Shown here piece by piece: positions 53,231 to 63,076 of a stretch of DNA of 64,000 bases (the first letter of the stretch is position 1; each line of letters begins with the position of its first letter). The stretch is taken from contig JBFWNL010000003.1 in the NCBI GenBank assembly GCA_050251055.1, positions 192,001 through 256,000 on the forward strand, written 5' to 3'. The DNA comes from Bacteriovoracia bacterium. GTDB taxonomy: Bacteria > Bdellovibrionota > UBA1018 > JBFWNL01. A model generated the notes under the pieces. That model saw only the letters and a program-made list of their open reading frames with translations. It was not told the DNA's origin and searched no databases. The translations under genes and the position numbers were made by a program.

Positions 53231-54024
53231 GCAATCCGATGAAATTGAGGGCGAAGAAAATTCACGCCCACTGGCCCGTCGCGTGGCTTGGCTTCTGGCT
53301 CACGGCCGCGATCTATTTCGGCGTGCAACGACTGCCCTTCGCGCTAGAGTATTCGCTGGTGCGGCCGCAGTGGGTCGCCCCGCTTGGCTTCGATGTATTT
53401 GGACGAAATCTGGCGACGCTCATTCCGCATTCCGCACTCATCAGCCTGATTTTTGCCGCGTTTTGCGGCGCCCTTTCCCTCGGCGTAAGCATCACCGCCG
53501 GTTGCGCCATTGGCCTGGGCCCGCGCTGGATGCGACTCCTGGGAGAGCGCGCGCTCGATTTTCTGCTCGCATTTCCGCCGTTGCTACTCGCGCTCGGATG
53601 GAGCGCCGTGCGGGGTCCGGGCTGGAGTTCGCTTCTCATTTCCCTGCTGATGGCAACGGTACCGAACTTCACGCGCTTCGTGTACGTGCGCGTACGCGAG
53701 CTACAAACCGAACCTTATGTCGCCGCCGCGCGGGCGCTCGGGGCGAATCGTTTTCAAATCGCGACCCGGCATCTTTTGCCGCATATATTGTCGCTATGCG
53801 CAATTCGCATTCCCAGCCTGTTTGCGCACGCAGTACTCGCCGAAGCCACTCTGTCATTTATCGGCGTGGGCGCGCCGATCGGAACGGATTCGTGGGGTAC
53901 GTTGCTCCTGCAAGGCCGAGAGTATTTGATCGAAGCGCCACACATCTCCATCGCCGTGGGTCTGCCTTTGATTTTAACGGTGTTGGCCTTGCAGCGTCTC
54001 ACCGAGCCGGACTATAATCGATAG
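53227..54024 (+). CDS. Peptide/nickel ABC transporter permease (OppC/DppC-like)
   Basis: PLGFDVFGRN, YVAAARALGA, RHLLPH, EATLSFIGVG, SWGTLL; ATGA overlap. Confidence 0.9.
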   Translation: MSNPMKLRAKKIHAHWPVAWLGFWLTAAIYFGVQRLPFALEYSLVRPQWVAPLGFDVFGRNLATLIPHSALISLIFAAFCGALSLGVSITAGCAIGLGPRWMRLLGERALDFLLAFPPLLLALGWSAVRGPGWSSLLISLLMATVPNFTRFVYVRVRELQTEPYVAAARALGANRFQIATRHLLPHILSLCAIRIPSLFAHAVLAEATLSFIGVGAPIGTDSWGTLLLQGREYLIEAPHISIAVGLPLILTVLALQRLTEPDYNR

Positions 54025-54028
54025 TTCC

Positions 54029-55111
54029 ATGAGCCTCATCCAAGATGCGCAAAAAAAACTGGGTGAGCTCTTCCTGGTCGGATTCGACGGGACAGAGCTC
54101 TCCGATGACACCGCCGCTTTTATCTCGCAGGCGGGAATCGGCGGGATCATCCTCTTTAGCCGCAACTATCAAACGCCGGAGCAAGTAGGCGCGCTCGTCA
54201 ACCAGATCCAGGAATGCCGCGTGGATCTCCCGCTCTGGATCGCCGTCGACCAAGAAGGCGGCCGCGTCCAGCGCTTCAAGGCACCCTTCACGATCCTTCC
54301 CACCGCCGCCGAAGTCGCCGCGGCCAACTCCCCCAAGCTTACGTTTGAAATCGCCGAGATGTGCGCGAAAGAGCTCGCCGCCGTCGGCGTGAACCTAAAT
54401 TTCGCGCCCGTGGCTGACATCAACACCAACCCGAACAATCCCATCATTGGCGATCGTGCCTACGGATCGGATGAAGAAGAAGTCACCAAGCACGTGACGG
54501 CCATCGTGCGCGGCCACGTCGTCCAGGGCGTGCAGCCGTGCGTGAAACATTTTCCCGGCCACGGCGAAACGGACGTCGACTCGCACCTGGCATTGCCGAA
54601 ACTGCGGTTCTCGCTCGAAGAATTGAAAAATCGCGAACTCAAGCCGTTCGTCAAATCGTTCAAATCCCGCTGCAACATGGTGATGACGGCGCACATCCTT
54701 TTCGAGAAGCTTGATCCGGAAGTTCCGATCACGCTCTCGAGCAAAGTGCTGCGCGATCTCCTGCGCAAGGATCTCCGCTATAGCAAGATCATCTTCAGCG
54801 ACGATATGGAAATGCAAGCCATCACCGACCACTACGGCGCCGAAGAGGCCCCGCTCATGGCCGTGAAGGCCGGCTGCGATATCCTCATTTACCGTTCCGA
54901 AGGCGCTGCTCGCAAAGCATATGCGTCCCTCTATAAAGCGCTCGATCAGGAAAAACTGCCTGCGGATATGGTCATCGAAGCCGCGAACCGCAGCATCGAA
55001 GTAAAAAAAGAAGTTCTCGGCGCGTATCAGCCGGTAAATATCGCCGAGATCAAGACTAAGGTCGGCTTACCGGAGCACAAAGCGTTGCTCGAGCGCCTGA
55101 AGAACCCCTAA
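54029..55111 (+). CDS. nagZ: Beta-N-acetylhexosaminidase (GH3)
   Basis: DQEGGRVQR, NFAPVAD, KHFPGHGETDVDSH, SDDMEM; no signal peptide. Confidence 0.93.
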   Translation: MSLIQDAQKKLGELFLVGFDGTELSDDTAAFISQAGIGGIILFSRNYQTPEQVGALVNQIQECRVDLPLWIAVDQEGGRVQRFKAPFTILPTAAEVAAANSPKLTFEIAEMCAKELAAVGVNLNFAPVADINTNPNNPIIGDRAYGSDEEEVTKHVTAIVRGHVVQGVQPCVKHFPGHGETDVDSHLALPKLRFSLEELKNRELKPFVKSFKSRCNMVMTAHILFEKLDPEVPITLSSKVLRDLLRKDLRYSKIIFSDDMEMQAITDHYGAEEAPLMAVKAGCDILIYRSEGAARKAYASLYKALDQEKLPADMVIEAANRSIEVKKEVLGAYQPVNIAEIKTKVGLPEHKALLERLKNP

Positions 55112-55118
55112 CAACCAG

Positions 55119-56012
55119 CTAACTGTCTACCAATGCGATCAAAGGCAGGTGATCTGATAGATCGCCCGTGCTGATGATCCGGTGCCCTTCCATTCGAGCC
55201 TCCGCGTCCACGAACAAGTAGTCCAAACGGCGCGTAGGCGCCACCGACGGAAACGTGAAATACCGGCTCTCCTGCGCGACGTATTCATCAATCCCGACCA
55301 CTTCACGGAATCCGGCCAATCCGCGCAGCGTCTCGATCGCGCGATCGCCCCGATAATCATCCCGCGTGTAATCAGCGAAGCCATGCTTCACGGTCGCCTC
55401 CGGTGGCGTCGTATTCAGATCCCCGCCGAATCCCAGTACGCGCGCTCCATTCATTCGCATTTCTTCCGCAAACTGCCCGAGCCGCCGTGCATGTGATTCG
55501 CGATTCTCGCCGTCGTAGGCATCAAAATGATTGTTCGCGACCCAAAACTCGCCGCCCGGTCCCTGTATCTTCACCCACTGCGAGTAGCGACCGAGGTAAA
55601 ACCAGTTGTACCACCACGGATTCTTCCGTGGCTTTTCGTGCAACACCGGCCGATTCTCCAAAACGGGAAAACGGCTCAGCACCGCCCCACCCGATTTCAC
55701 TCGACCGAAGTGATACGACAAAGGCCAATAAGGAAACGGTACGTAGGGATGATTCCAGCTCACGCAGGCAGCCGCGTACGCTAAACCGGAGCGTTCGCGC
55801 AGGTACTCCATTTCGTCGATAAAGTGGCTGCGGCGGGCATGGAAGTCGACCTCCTGCAAAAGCACGATGTCGGCCTGCTCCCGGCGAATCAGCTCGGCCA
55901 TGTCCGTAAGCCTGCGCTCGAATTCGGCGCGCGGCTTTGGACGGTACTGTACGCCATCGGAACCGATGCCGTACCCGTACGCAATATTCCACGTCATCAG
56001 CTTTAAATGCAT
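55119..56012 (-). CDS. Endonuclease/exonuclease/phosphatase family protein
   Basis: TWNI, LQEVD, GGDLN, RLDYLF, SDHLP. Confidence 0.9.
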   Translation of the reverse strand: MHLKLMTWNIAYGYGIGSDGVQYRPKPRAEFERRLTDMAELIRREQADIVLLQEVDFHARRSHFIDEMEYLRERSGLAYAAACVSWNHPYVPFPYWPLSYHFGRVKSGGAVLSRFPVLENRPVLHEKPRKNPWWYNWFYLGRYSQWVKIQGPGGEFWVANNHFDAYDGENRESHARRLGQFAEEMRMNGARVLGFGGDLNTTPPEATVKHGFADYTRDDYRGDRAIETLRGLAGFREVVGIDEYVAQESRYFTFPSVAPTRRLDYLFVDAEARMEGHRIISTGDLSDHLPLIALVDS

Positions 56013-56068
56013 AGCGTCAATTATACACCTTCATTGATGGGGGCTGAGGGGCATGTTACGACAACCGG

Positions 56069-57577
56069 ATGAAAACACATCAGATAAAAGTCTTCCCATC
56101 GAAAGTCACCCTCGCGAAACAAGATCAATTCGCCTGGAAGCTGGCCGAGATGGCCACCGACCCCGTCGCCGTAGAACCCGCGGTCACCGACATGATCATC
56201 AATCGTATAATTGATAACGCCTCGGTGGCGATTGCCGCCATCAACCGCGAACCCGTCGCCAATGCCCGCTCCCAGGCCTTGGGGCATCCGCGTGCGAACG
56301 GCGCCACTGTTTTCGGGATGCCGAACTCGCAGCGCTTCGACGCCGAGTGGGCCGCCTGGGCGAACGGCACGGCTGTGCGCGAGCTCGACATGCACGACAC
56401 TTTCTTGGCCGCCGACTACTCCCACCCGGGCGATAACATCCCACCCATTTTGGCCGTCGCCCAGCAATGCGAAAAGTCCGGCGCGGAAATGCTGCGCGGG
56501 CTCGCCACCGGCTACGAAATCCAGATCAACCTGGTAAAAGGAATCTGCCTCCACAAACACAAGAAAGACCACATCGCGCATCTGGGGCCCTCGGCCGCCG
56601 CCGGCATCGGCACGATGATGGGCCTTTCGACCGATCAGATATACCAGTCGATCCAGCAAGCCGTGCACGTCTGCTTCAGCACGCGGCAATCGCGCAAAGG
56701 CGAGATCTCGAGCTGGAAAGCCTACGCCCCCGCCCACGCCGGCAAGCTCGCCATCGAAGCGGTGGACCGTTGCATGCGCGGTGAGAAAGCCCCCTCGCCG
56801 ATTTACGAAGGCGAAGACAGCGTGATCGCTTACATGCTCGATGGCGCGAAGGGCATGTACGAAGTCCCGCTTCCGACGAAGGGCGAGCCGAAGCGCGCCA
56901 TTCTGGAGAGCTACACCAAGGAACACTCGGCCGAGTACCAGGCGCAAGCCCTGATCGATCTCGCTTTCAACATGCGAAAGAAAATCAAAAACTTCGCCGA
57001 CATCGACAAGATCATCCTGCACACCAGCCATCACACGCATTACGTGATCGGCACGGGCGCGGGAGATCCGCAGAAGATGGATCCGAAGGCGTCTCGCGAG
57101 ACCCTCGATCACAGCATCATGTACATCTTCGCGGTGGCCCTGCAAGACGGCGAGTGGCACCACGTGAAGAGCTACACGCCCGAACGCGCCGGCCGCGCCG
57201 ATACCGTGGCCCTTTGGCATAAAATCGAAACGCGCGAAGACCCTAAGTGGACCGAGCGCTACCATGACGAGAATCCAAAGAATAAAGCGTTTGGTGCCCG
57301 CGTAGAAATCATCATGAAGAATGGCGAAAAGATCGTCGACGAAATGGCGCTCGCCAATGCCCATGCGTTCGGCGCCAAGCCCTTCGCCCGGCCCGACTAC
57401 ATCAAGAAGTTCAAGACTCTGACGGAAGAATGGCTCGACGCCCGCGAGTCCGATCGCTTCTTGGACTTGGTGCAAAACCTGCCCAAGCTCACCGCCAAGG
57501 ACTTGCTGGATCTGAACGCGCAAGTGGACCTGAAGCGCCTCTCCCACAACGCGCGTGATCGCCGAGGCATCTTCTAA
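56069..57577 (+). CDS. prpD: 2-methylcitrate dehydratase (MmgE/PrpD)
   Basis: [44 protein letters not shown]. Confidence 0.93.
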   Translation: MKTHQIKVFPSKVTLAKQDQFAWKLAEMATDPVAVEPAVTDMIINRIIDNASVAIAAINREPVANARSQALGHPRANGATVFGMPNSQRFDAEWAAWANGTAVRELDMHDTFLAADYSHPGDNIPPILAVAQQCEKSGAEMLRGLATGYEIQINLVKGICLHKHKKDHIAHLGPSAAAGIGTMMGLSTDQIYQSIQQAVHVCFSTRQSRKGEISSWKAYAPAHAGKLAIEAVDRCMRGEKAPSPIYEGEDSVIAYMLDGAKGMYEVPLPTKGEPKRAILESYTKEHSAEYQAQALIDLAFNMRKKIKNFADIDKIILHTSHHTHYVIGTGAGDPQKMDPKASRETLDHSIMYIFAVALQDGEWHHVKSYTPERAGRADTVALWHKIETREDPKWTERYHDENPKNKAFGARVEIIMKNGEKIVDEMALANAHAFGAKPFARPDYIKKFKTLTEEWLDARESDRFLDLVQNLPKLTAKDLLDLNAQVDLKRLSHNARDRRGIF

Positions 57578-58476
57578 TGTTGTTTGGAAAAAAATCCGCC
57601 ACTGAGAAACGCGCCGCCTTCCGCAAGGGCCTGAAGTCGGGCAAGCTGCTCCGCTTTCCAGGAGCGTTCTCGCCGCTCGTCTCCATGCTGATCGAACAGC
57701 AGGGATTCGACGGGGTATACGCGTCAGGCGCCGTGATTGCCAATGACCTGGGACTCCCCGACATTGGACTGACCACGCTCACGGAAGTTTCGCAACGGGG
57801 CCGCGCCATCGCGCGCGTGACCGATCTACCCACGATTATCGACATCGATACGGGCTTCGGCGAACCCATGAGCGCCGCCCGCACCGTGCAGGAGCTCGAA
57901 GAGATGGGCCTAGCGGGCTGCCACCTGGAAGACCAGATCAACCCCAAGCGCTGCGGACACCTCGACAATAAATCGGTCGTGGAAACCTCCGCCATGGTCC
58001 AAAAGGTGAAGGCCGCCGCCAACGCCAAGCGCGACCCTAACTTCCTGCTCATTGCCCGCACCGATTCGCGTGCCATCGAAGGCCTGGATAAAGCGATTGA
58101 TCGCGCCAACGCGTACGTTGACGCAGGGGCCGAGATGATTTTCCCGGAAGCATTGGCCGATGAAAAAGAGTTCGAAAAATTCCGCAAGGCGGTGAAGGTG
58201 CCGTTACTCGCGAATATGACGGAGTTCGGTAAATCCAAACTCCTCAACGCCAAGCAACTCACCGACCTAGGCTTTAACCTCGTGATCTATCCGGTTACAG
58301 GACTGCGCCTAGCGATGAAAGCGGTTGAAGACGGCTTCGCGACTATCCTGAAGGAAGGCACCCAAGAATCGCTGCTCGATAAGATGCAGCACCGCAAACG
58401 CCTGTACGAAGTCGTGCGTTACGAAGAGTACAACGCGTTCGATCAAGGAATCTTTAATTTCAAAGTACAGAAGTAA
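57577..58476 (+). CDS. prpB: Methylisocitrate lyase
   Basis: LGLPDIG, DIDTGFG, EDQINPKRCGH, IARTD, LANMTEFGK. Confidence 0.95.
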   Translation: MLFGKKSATEKRAAFRKGLKSGKLLRFPGAFSPLVSMLIEQQGFDGVYASGAVIANDLGLPDIGLTTLTEVSQRGRAIARVTDLPTIIDIDTGFGEPMSAARTVQELEEMGLAGCHLEDQINPKRCGHLDNKSVVETSAMVQKVKAAANAKRDPNFLLIARTDSRAIEGLDKAIDRANAYVDAGAEMIFPEALADEKEFEKFRKAVKVPLLANMTEFGKSKLLNAKQLTDLGFNLVIYPVTGLRLAMKAVEDGFATILKEGTQESLLDKMQHRKRLYEVVRYEEYNAFDQGIFNFKVQK

Positions 58477-58495
58477 AGCATAGAAGGAGCGAATC

Positions 58496-59638
58496 ATGGC
58501 GACTGAATCCAAAGAAGTGATTGTCCGCAAAGGCCTCGAAGGCGTCATCGTCGACTCCACCTCGGTGTCGAAAGTAATGCCCGAGATCAACTCCCTGACC
58601 TATCGTGGTTACAAAGTACAGGACCTGGCCGAACAGTGCTGTTTTGAAGAAGTCGCTTACCTACTCTGGCAGGGCGAGCTCCCCAACAAGTCGCAGCTCG
58701 ACGCCTTCACCCAGGACGAGCGCTCCCGCCGCCAACTCACCCCCACGATGCTCGAAGTCATCCGCAAGTACCCCAAGCACGCCCACCCCATGGACACGGT
58801 ACGCACCTCGGTGAGCTTCCTGGGCATGGAAGACAAGCAAATTTGGGAAAATGACGCGAAGACCAACCTTCGCAAGTCGATGGACATGCTGGCCAAGATC
58901 CCGACCATGATCGCGGCGGATTACCGTTGCCGCAAGGGGAAGGATCCCATCGCCCCGCGCACGGACCTCGGCTTTTCGGAGAACTTTTTCCACATGTGCT
59001 TCGGCGAAGTCCCTCACCAGGAAATCGTAAAAGCGTTTGACGTCTCGCTCACGCTTTACGCCGAGCACGGCTTCAATGCCTCCACCTTTGCTTCGCGCGT
59101 GGTGAGCTCCACGCTCTCGGATATCTACAGTGCGGTCGTCGGCGGCATCGGCGCGCTCAAGGGACCGCTCCACGGCGGAGCCAACGAGCAGGTCATGCAT
59201 GTGCTCAAGGAAATCGGCGATCCCGCGAAGGCCGATGCCTGGATGAAGGACGCGCTGGCGAATAAGAAAAAGATCATGGGTTTCGGCCACCGCGTGTACC
59301 GTAACGGCGACTCCCGCGTTCCAACCATGAAGAAGTACGCGCTGAAGCTCGCCGAGCTCAAAGGCGAACGGAAATGGGCGCAGATCTCCGACGTCCTGGA
59401 AGCGGCCATGCTCAAGGAAAAGAACATCCAACCGAACTTGGATTTCCCGGCCGGCCCCGCGTACTACCTGATGGGTTTCGACATCGACATGTTTACCCCC
59501 ATCTTCGTCATGGCCCGCATCACGGGCTGGACCGCGCACGTCATGGAACAGACGGCGAACAATCGCATCATCCGGCCCCTGAGCGAATATACCGGCAGCA
59601 AGGAACGTCAAGTTGCTGCCATGACCGCTCGCCCGTAG
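58496..59638 (+). CDS. prpC: 2-methylcitrate synthase / citrate synthase
   Basis: LTYRGY, AHPMD, EHGFNASTF, GPLHGGANE, MGFGHRVY, PNLDF; follows prpD and prpB. Confidence 0.92.
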   Translation: MATESKEVIVRKGLEGVIVDSTSVSKVMPEINSLTYRGYKVQDLAEQCCFEEVAYLLWQGELPNKSQLDAFTQDERSRRQLTPTMLEVIRKYPKHAHPMDTVRTSVSFLGMEDKQIWENDAKTNLRKSMDMLAKIPTMIAADYRCRKGKDPIAPRTDLGFSENFFHMCFGEVPHQEIVKAFDVSLTLYAEHGFNASTFASRVVSSTLSDIYSAVVGGIGALKGPLHGGANEQVMHVLKEIGDPAKADAWMKDALANKKKIMGFGHRVYRNGDSRVPTMKKYALKLAELKGERKWAQISDVLEAAMLKEKNIQPNLDFPAGPAYYLMGFDIDMFTPIFVMARITGWTAHVMEQTANNRIIRPLSEYTGSKERQVAAMTARP

Positions 59639-59673
59639 CTTCGCACGGAAGTGAGTGCTACCCTATTAGACGG

Positions 59674-60348
59674 ATGAACCGCCGGTTCGAATTCTTCAAA
59701 CGATTCCTATTAGTCGCCTGGGCCACCACCAGCATGGCCACGGCCAGCGCGCACGCCGGCATGGGAGACCTGTATTTCGAGACCGGCTTCGGCCTATCGA
59801 AGATCCGCAATGGCTCCCTCGCCTTGGATTCGAGTTTTTCGGATTCGCCCGGCTTCGGGCTAGGAGGGGCCTTCACCTTAGCCTACAACATCACGGCGCC
59901 GTCCTCGCTTTTACAGGTGCACGTCGGCATCAAGGATCGAGTCAGCACGAGCGGTGACGACAACGGCAACTCCTATATGCTGCACTCCATTTATCCGGTG
60001 ATCCGCCTGGAGACTCCGCGTATTTATATCGGCGGCGGCCTCACTCCCTATCTCTTCAAACGTCCGGGGGGCCTGGGCTTTAGCGGCTTCGAAAAAATCG
60101 AGTCGAGCATGGGTTACTTTACCGAGCTGGGGCTACTGTGGCGCGTGGTGAATTATTTTCACGTCTCGATCGAATCGTCGCTTTATTTTTTTTCCACGCC
60201 CCGCGGAACGAGTCCCAGCATGGCGCTCGACTTCACTTTCAACATGCGGTTCTTTCTCTATAACGAGACCGGAAGCGGCGCCGGGGCGGGCGGACGGCAA
60301 TACGACGGATGGCGCTATCCGTTCGGGATTGAAATCGGCGGAAAATAA
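59674..60348 (+). CDS. Hypothetical exported beta-barrel-like protein
   Basis: Start MNRRFEFF; signal ending ASAHA; alternating hydrophobic strands; C-terminal Gly linker plus WRYPFG tail. Confidence 0.7.
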   Translation: MNRRFEFFKRFLLVAWATTSMATASAHAGMGDLYFETGFGLSKIRNGSLALDSSFSDSPGFGLGGAFTLAYNITAPSSLLQVHVGIKDRVSTSGDDNGNSYMLHSIYPVIRLETPRIYIGGGLTPYLFKRPGGLGFSGFEKIESSMGYFTELGLLWRVVNYFHVSIESSLYFFSTPRGTSPSMALDFTFNMRFFLYNETGSGAGAGGRQYDGWRYPFGIEIGGK

Positions 60349-60363
60349 GCTTTGCGCCGACTT

Positions 60364-61089
60364 TTATCGCGGCTCACCGCTTCCGCCGCAGTCCGGCGGT
60401 GAAATCCGGCCCAGATTGAGATTCCGGGTGACTCCTTGGCGAATCACGCTGGTGTCATCCGGATCCACCATTCCGTTGACATCCACGTCCGAGCGAAAAC
60501 TGAAGTCACTGGGTGCTCCGTCTACACGAAAGTAAGCTTGAACCGAATTGAGGTCTCGAGATTCCACCTTGCCATCCCCATTAATATCACCCGGCAACCG
60601 GGCGAACCGCCGATAGAGCACGGTTTCGATGGCACCGAGTTCGTCTTTCACTTCAAAGCGCAAGCAGTATCGCCCGGGAAGGCTGGGGAGAGCCACGAAC
60701 CCCCAGTCGGATCCGTCCAACCGATGGGAACTCCGAAACGGCTCGATCACGTAAAATGCATCGCCGGATTCACTCCCCACGCCACTAATTCGCACATCCA
60801 CTTGTAGACGCCGATCGCCATCACGCAAATTACCTATCCGGAAAAGCCCGTACGTCCACGTACGGGACTCGATCAATTCCCGATCGGCCCCGACGACAAA
60901 GTCACCTTGGACGCCGTCGTGACTCGCGGTCGAATACAAAAGCAGCTCCGGGGTGGACCGCTGCGGCTGCGCCCCCCGCCCAGCACCTCTTTCCGGGCCA
61001 ACTTCCAGGGCACACCCGAATAAAAAAAAACCAAGTACACCAGCTGCCGCATGAACGCCGACAGACCACAGATTATTCGAAACCTTCAT
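60364..61089 (-). CDS. Lipoprotein with C-terminal dockerin type I-like domain
   Basis: Lipobox LFGC; duplicated Ca-binding repeats GDINGDGKVESRDL and SDVDVNGMVDPDD. Confidence 0.75.
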   Translation of the reverse strand: MKVSNNLWSVGVHAAAGVLGFFLFGCALEVGPERGAGRGAQPQRSTPELLLYSTASHDGVQGDFVVGADRELIESRTWTYGLFRIGNLRDGDRRLQVDVRISGVGSESGDAFYVIEPFRSSHRLDGSDWGFVALPSLPGRYCLRFEVKDELGAIETVLYRRFARLPGDINGDGKVESRDLNSVQAYFRVDGAPSDFSFRSDVDVNGMVDPDDTSVIRQGVTRNLNLGRISPPDCGGSGEPR

Positions 61090-61211
61090 ACATCCGAGAA
61101 TAAGTCCGGACTCCTAAAACTCGAATGGGTATAGCGGGACACGGTGGCCACCTTCGGAGCATTTTGTATCCTAGCTGAATACACCCCGCGCGAGGCTGAC
61201 TTGAGCCCAAT

Positions 61212-61243
61212 AAAAAAGCCGGTCACGTTTCCATGACCGGCTT
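61212..61243 (-). terminator. Rho-independent terminator
   Basis: AAGCCGGTCA-cgtttcca-TGACCGGCTT with an A run on the plus strand (T run on minus). Confidence 0.85.
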
Positions 61244-61269
61244 CCCTAAATTCCTAGTGATTAGTCGAC

Positions 61270-62889
61270 TTAGGCCGCGCCTTCGCCTTCACCCGGGCCA
61301 CGCTGATTGCCGCCCGCCGCGGCCGCGGCGGCCGCCATTTTACGCTTATCTAGGCCGTACTTCTCGACCTTCATGATGAGGCCGGCGCGGGAGATGCCGA
61401 GCTCTTTGGCGAGCCGGCTCTTGTTCCACTTCGTACGGCGAAGACCTTCGCGGATCATCGTCTTTTCGAGCTCTTCCAAGGCGTCCTTCAGCTTACCCGA
61501 AACACGCACGCCTTGAACCTTGGCATTGGCGCCGTGCTCACGGATGCGTTGCGAGAGCATATCCGCGGAAACTCGGACTTCATCGCCCGATAGCACGATC
61601 AAACGCTCAATCTCGTTCTGCAGCTCACGAATATTGCCGGGCCACGGATAGTCGAAGATCTTTTCCATCGCGCGCTTAGCGAGCGCCTTAAGCGGAACCG
61701 CTTTTTCTTTGCATCCATTCATGAGGAAGTTATCCACGAGCAGCGGGATATCTTCCTTGCGGTCGCGCAGCGGCGGGACCACGATATTGATCACGTTGAT
61801 GCGATAGTATAAATCTTCACGGAACGTGCCCATTTCGACCATCTCTTTTAGATCTTTATTGGTCGCCGCGAGCACGCGGACGTCGACCTTGCGCTGCTCG
61901 GTGCCGCCGACCGGCGTCAGCGTTCCTTCCTGCAGGACGCGCAAGAGCTTCACTTGCATCGCAAGCGTCATGTCTCCGATTTCGTCCAGGAATAAAGTCC
62001 CGTGGTTCGCGGCCTCGAACAAACCCTTCTTGTCCTTGAACGCGCCGGTGAACGCACCTTTCAAGTGACCGAAAAGCTCGCTATCGAGCAAGTTTTCGTT
62101 GAAAGCCGAGCAGTTCACGGTGACGAAGTTAGCGTCTTTTCGCGACGAATTGTAATGGATCGCGCGCGCGATGAGCTCTTTACCGGTGCCGTTTTCGCCC
62201 TGAATCAAGACCGTCGACTCCGAAGTCTTGATCTTGTCGAGCATCGAGTAGAGTTCCTGCATGGGCTTCGACTTGCCGATCATCGAATCGTAGCTATAAC
62301 GTTCGCCCAGCTGATTATTCAACGCGCTGATGCGTTCTTCACGTTTCGTGATCTCGGTGTGAAAAGCGATGATTTCTTGGGCGACCAGGTCCACGAGCTC
62401 GTGGAAGTACTTGCCTTCGCCCTCGTCGAGCACGCGGAGGCGGGCTACGGCCTGTTCGAAGTGCTCGCCGTCCACGCCGTATTGCTCGGCGCGGGCTTTG
62501 GCTTTTTTCTTATTGGCTTCGCTCACTTCCTTCTCGATGAAGGAGTACGCGAAAACACTGCCTAAAAATTCGCCATCCATCGTGATGGGCGTGATGAAAG
62601 CCTTTTCGACGCCCATGGGGCCATCGACTACTTTATGGGCAGGGTCGCCCTTCAGGAAGCTTTCGTTGGCTTCCGTCATGTGCTTGAGTACCAGCTCGCG
62701 CCCCTTGTCGGTCGGCAAAAGCAACGCGCACAGCGGGTTCTTGAACATGCGCTGACGATCCAGCGGATCGTAATTTTTTACGTTGCCGCGCTCGTCGAGG
62801 AAGAAGACTTCGGTATTGAACCATTGCGCGAGGATGTGCTCGAGCTTGCGGATGACGTGGATGTGTTTTAGCTCTTCCCAATTGATCAT
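61270..62889 (-). CDS. Sigma-54 enhancer-binding protein with PocR-like N-terminal sensor domain
   Basis: N-terminal NPLC, PITMDGEFLGSV (PocR-like); GENGTGKE, GAFTGA, FREDLYYRI, WPGNIREL; Fis HTH. Confidence 0.9.
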   Translation of the reverse strand: MINWEELKHIHVIRKLEHILAQWFNTEVFFLDERGNVKNYDPLDRQRMFKNPLCALLLPTDKGRELVLKHMTEANESFLKGDPAHKVVDGPMGVEKAFITPITMDGEFLGSVFAYSFIEKEVSEANKKKAKARAEQYGVDGEHFEQAVARLRVLDEGEGKYFHELVDLVAQEIIAFHTEITKREERISALNNQLGERYSYDSMIGKSKPMQELYSMLDKIKTSESTVLIQGENGTGKELIARAIHYNSSRKDANFVTVNCSAFNENLLDSELFGHLKGAFTGAFKDKKGLFEAANHGTLFLDEIGDMTLAMQVKLLRVLQEGTLTPVGGTEQRKVDVRVLAATNKDLKEMVEMGTFREDLYYRINVINIVVPPLRDRKEDIPLLVDNFLMNGCKEKAVPLKALAKRAMEKIFDYPWPGNIRELQNEIERLIVLSGDEVRVSADMLSQRIREHGANAKVQGVRVSGKLKDALEELEKTMIREGLRRTKWNKSRLAKELGISRAGLIMKVEKYGLDKRKMAAAAAAAGGNQRGPGEGEGAA

Positions 62890-63076
62890 GGCTTAGTCCC
62901 TCGGTTATTGACTCAAGTGACTCTTCGGCAAAAGCGTCAAAAGAGTTAACAAGATTTTCCAACTCTTTGACACCGATGTACGTTTTCTAGGCATGTCCAA
63001 CACTTAGCCAGCCCGAAACTGTTAAGAAATAGGCCTTGGCAGCAGCCTTAATATCCGATAAAAAGACTAAATTCTT

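Noticed and set aside
56021-57547. 508-aa antisense ORF over prpD (similar ones over gdhA, lon, tadA, prpC)
   Set aside because: Typical stop-poor reverse frames of conserved GC-rich genes.
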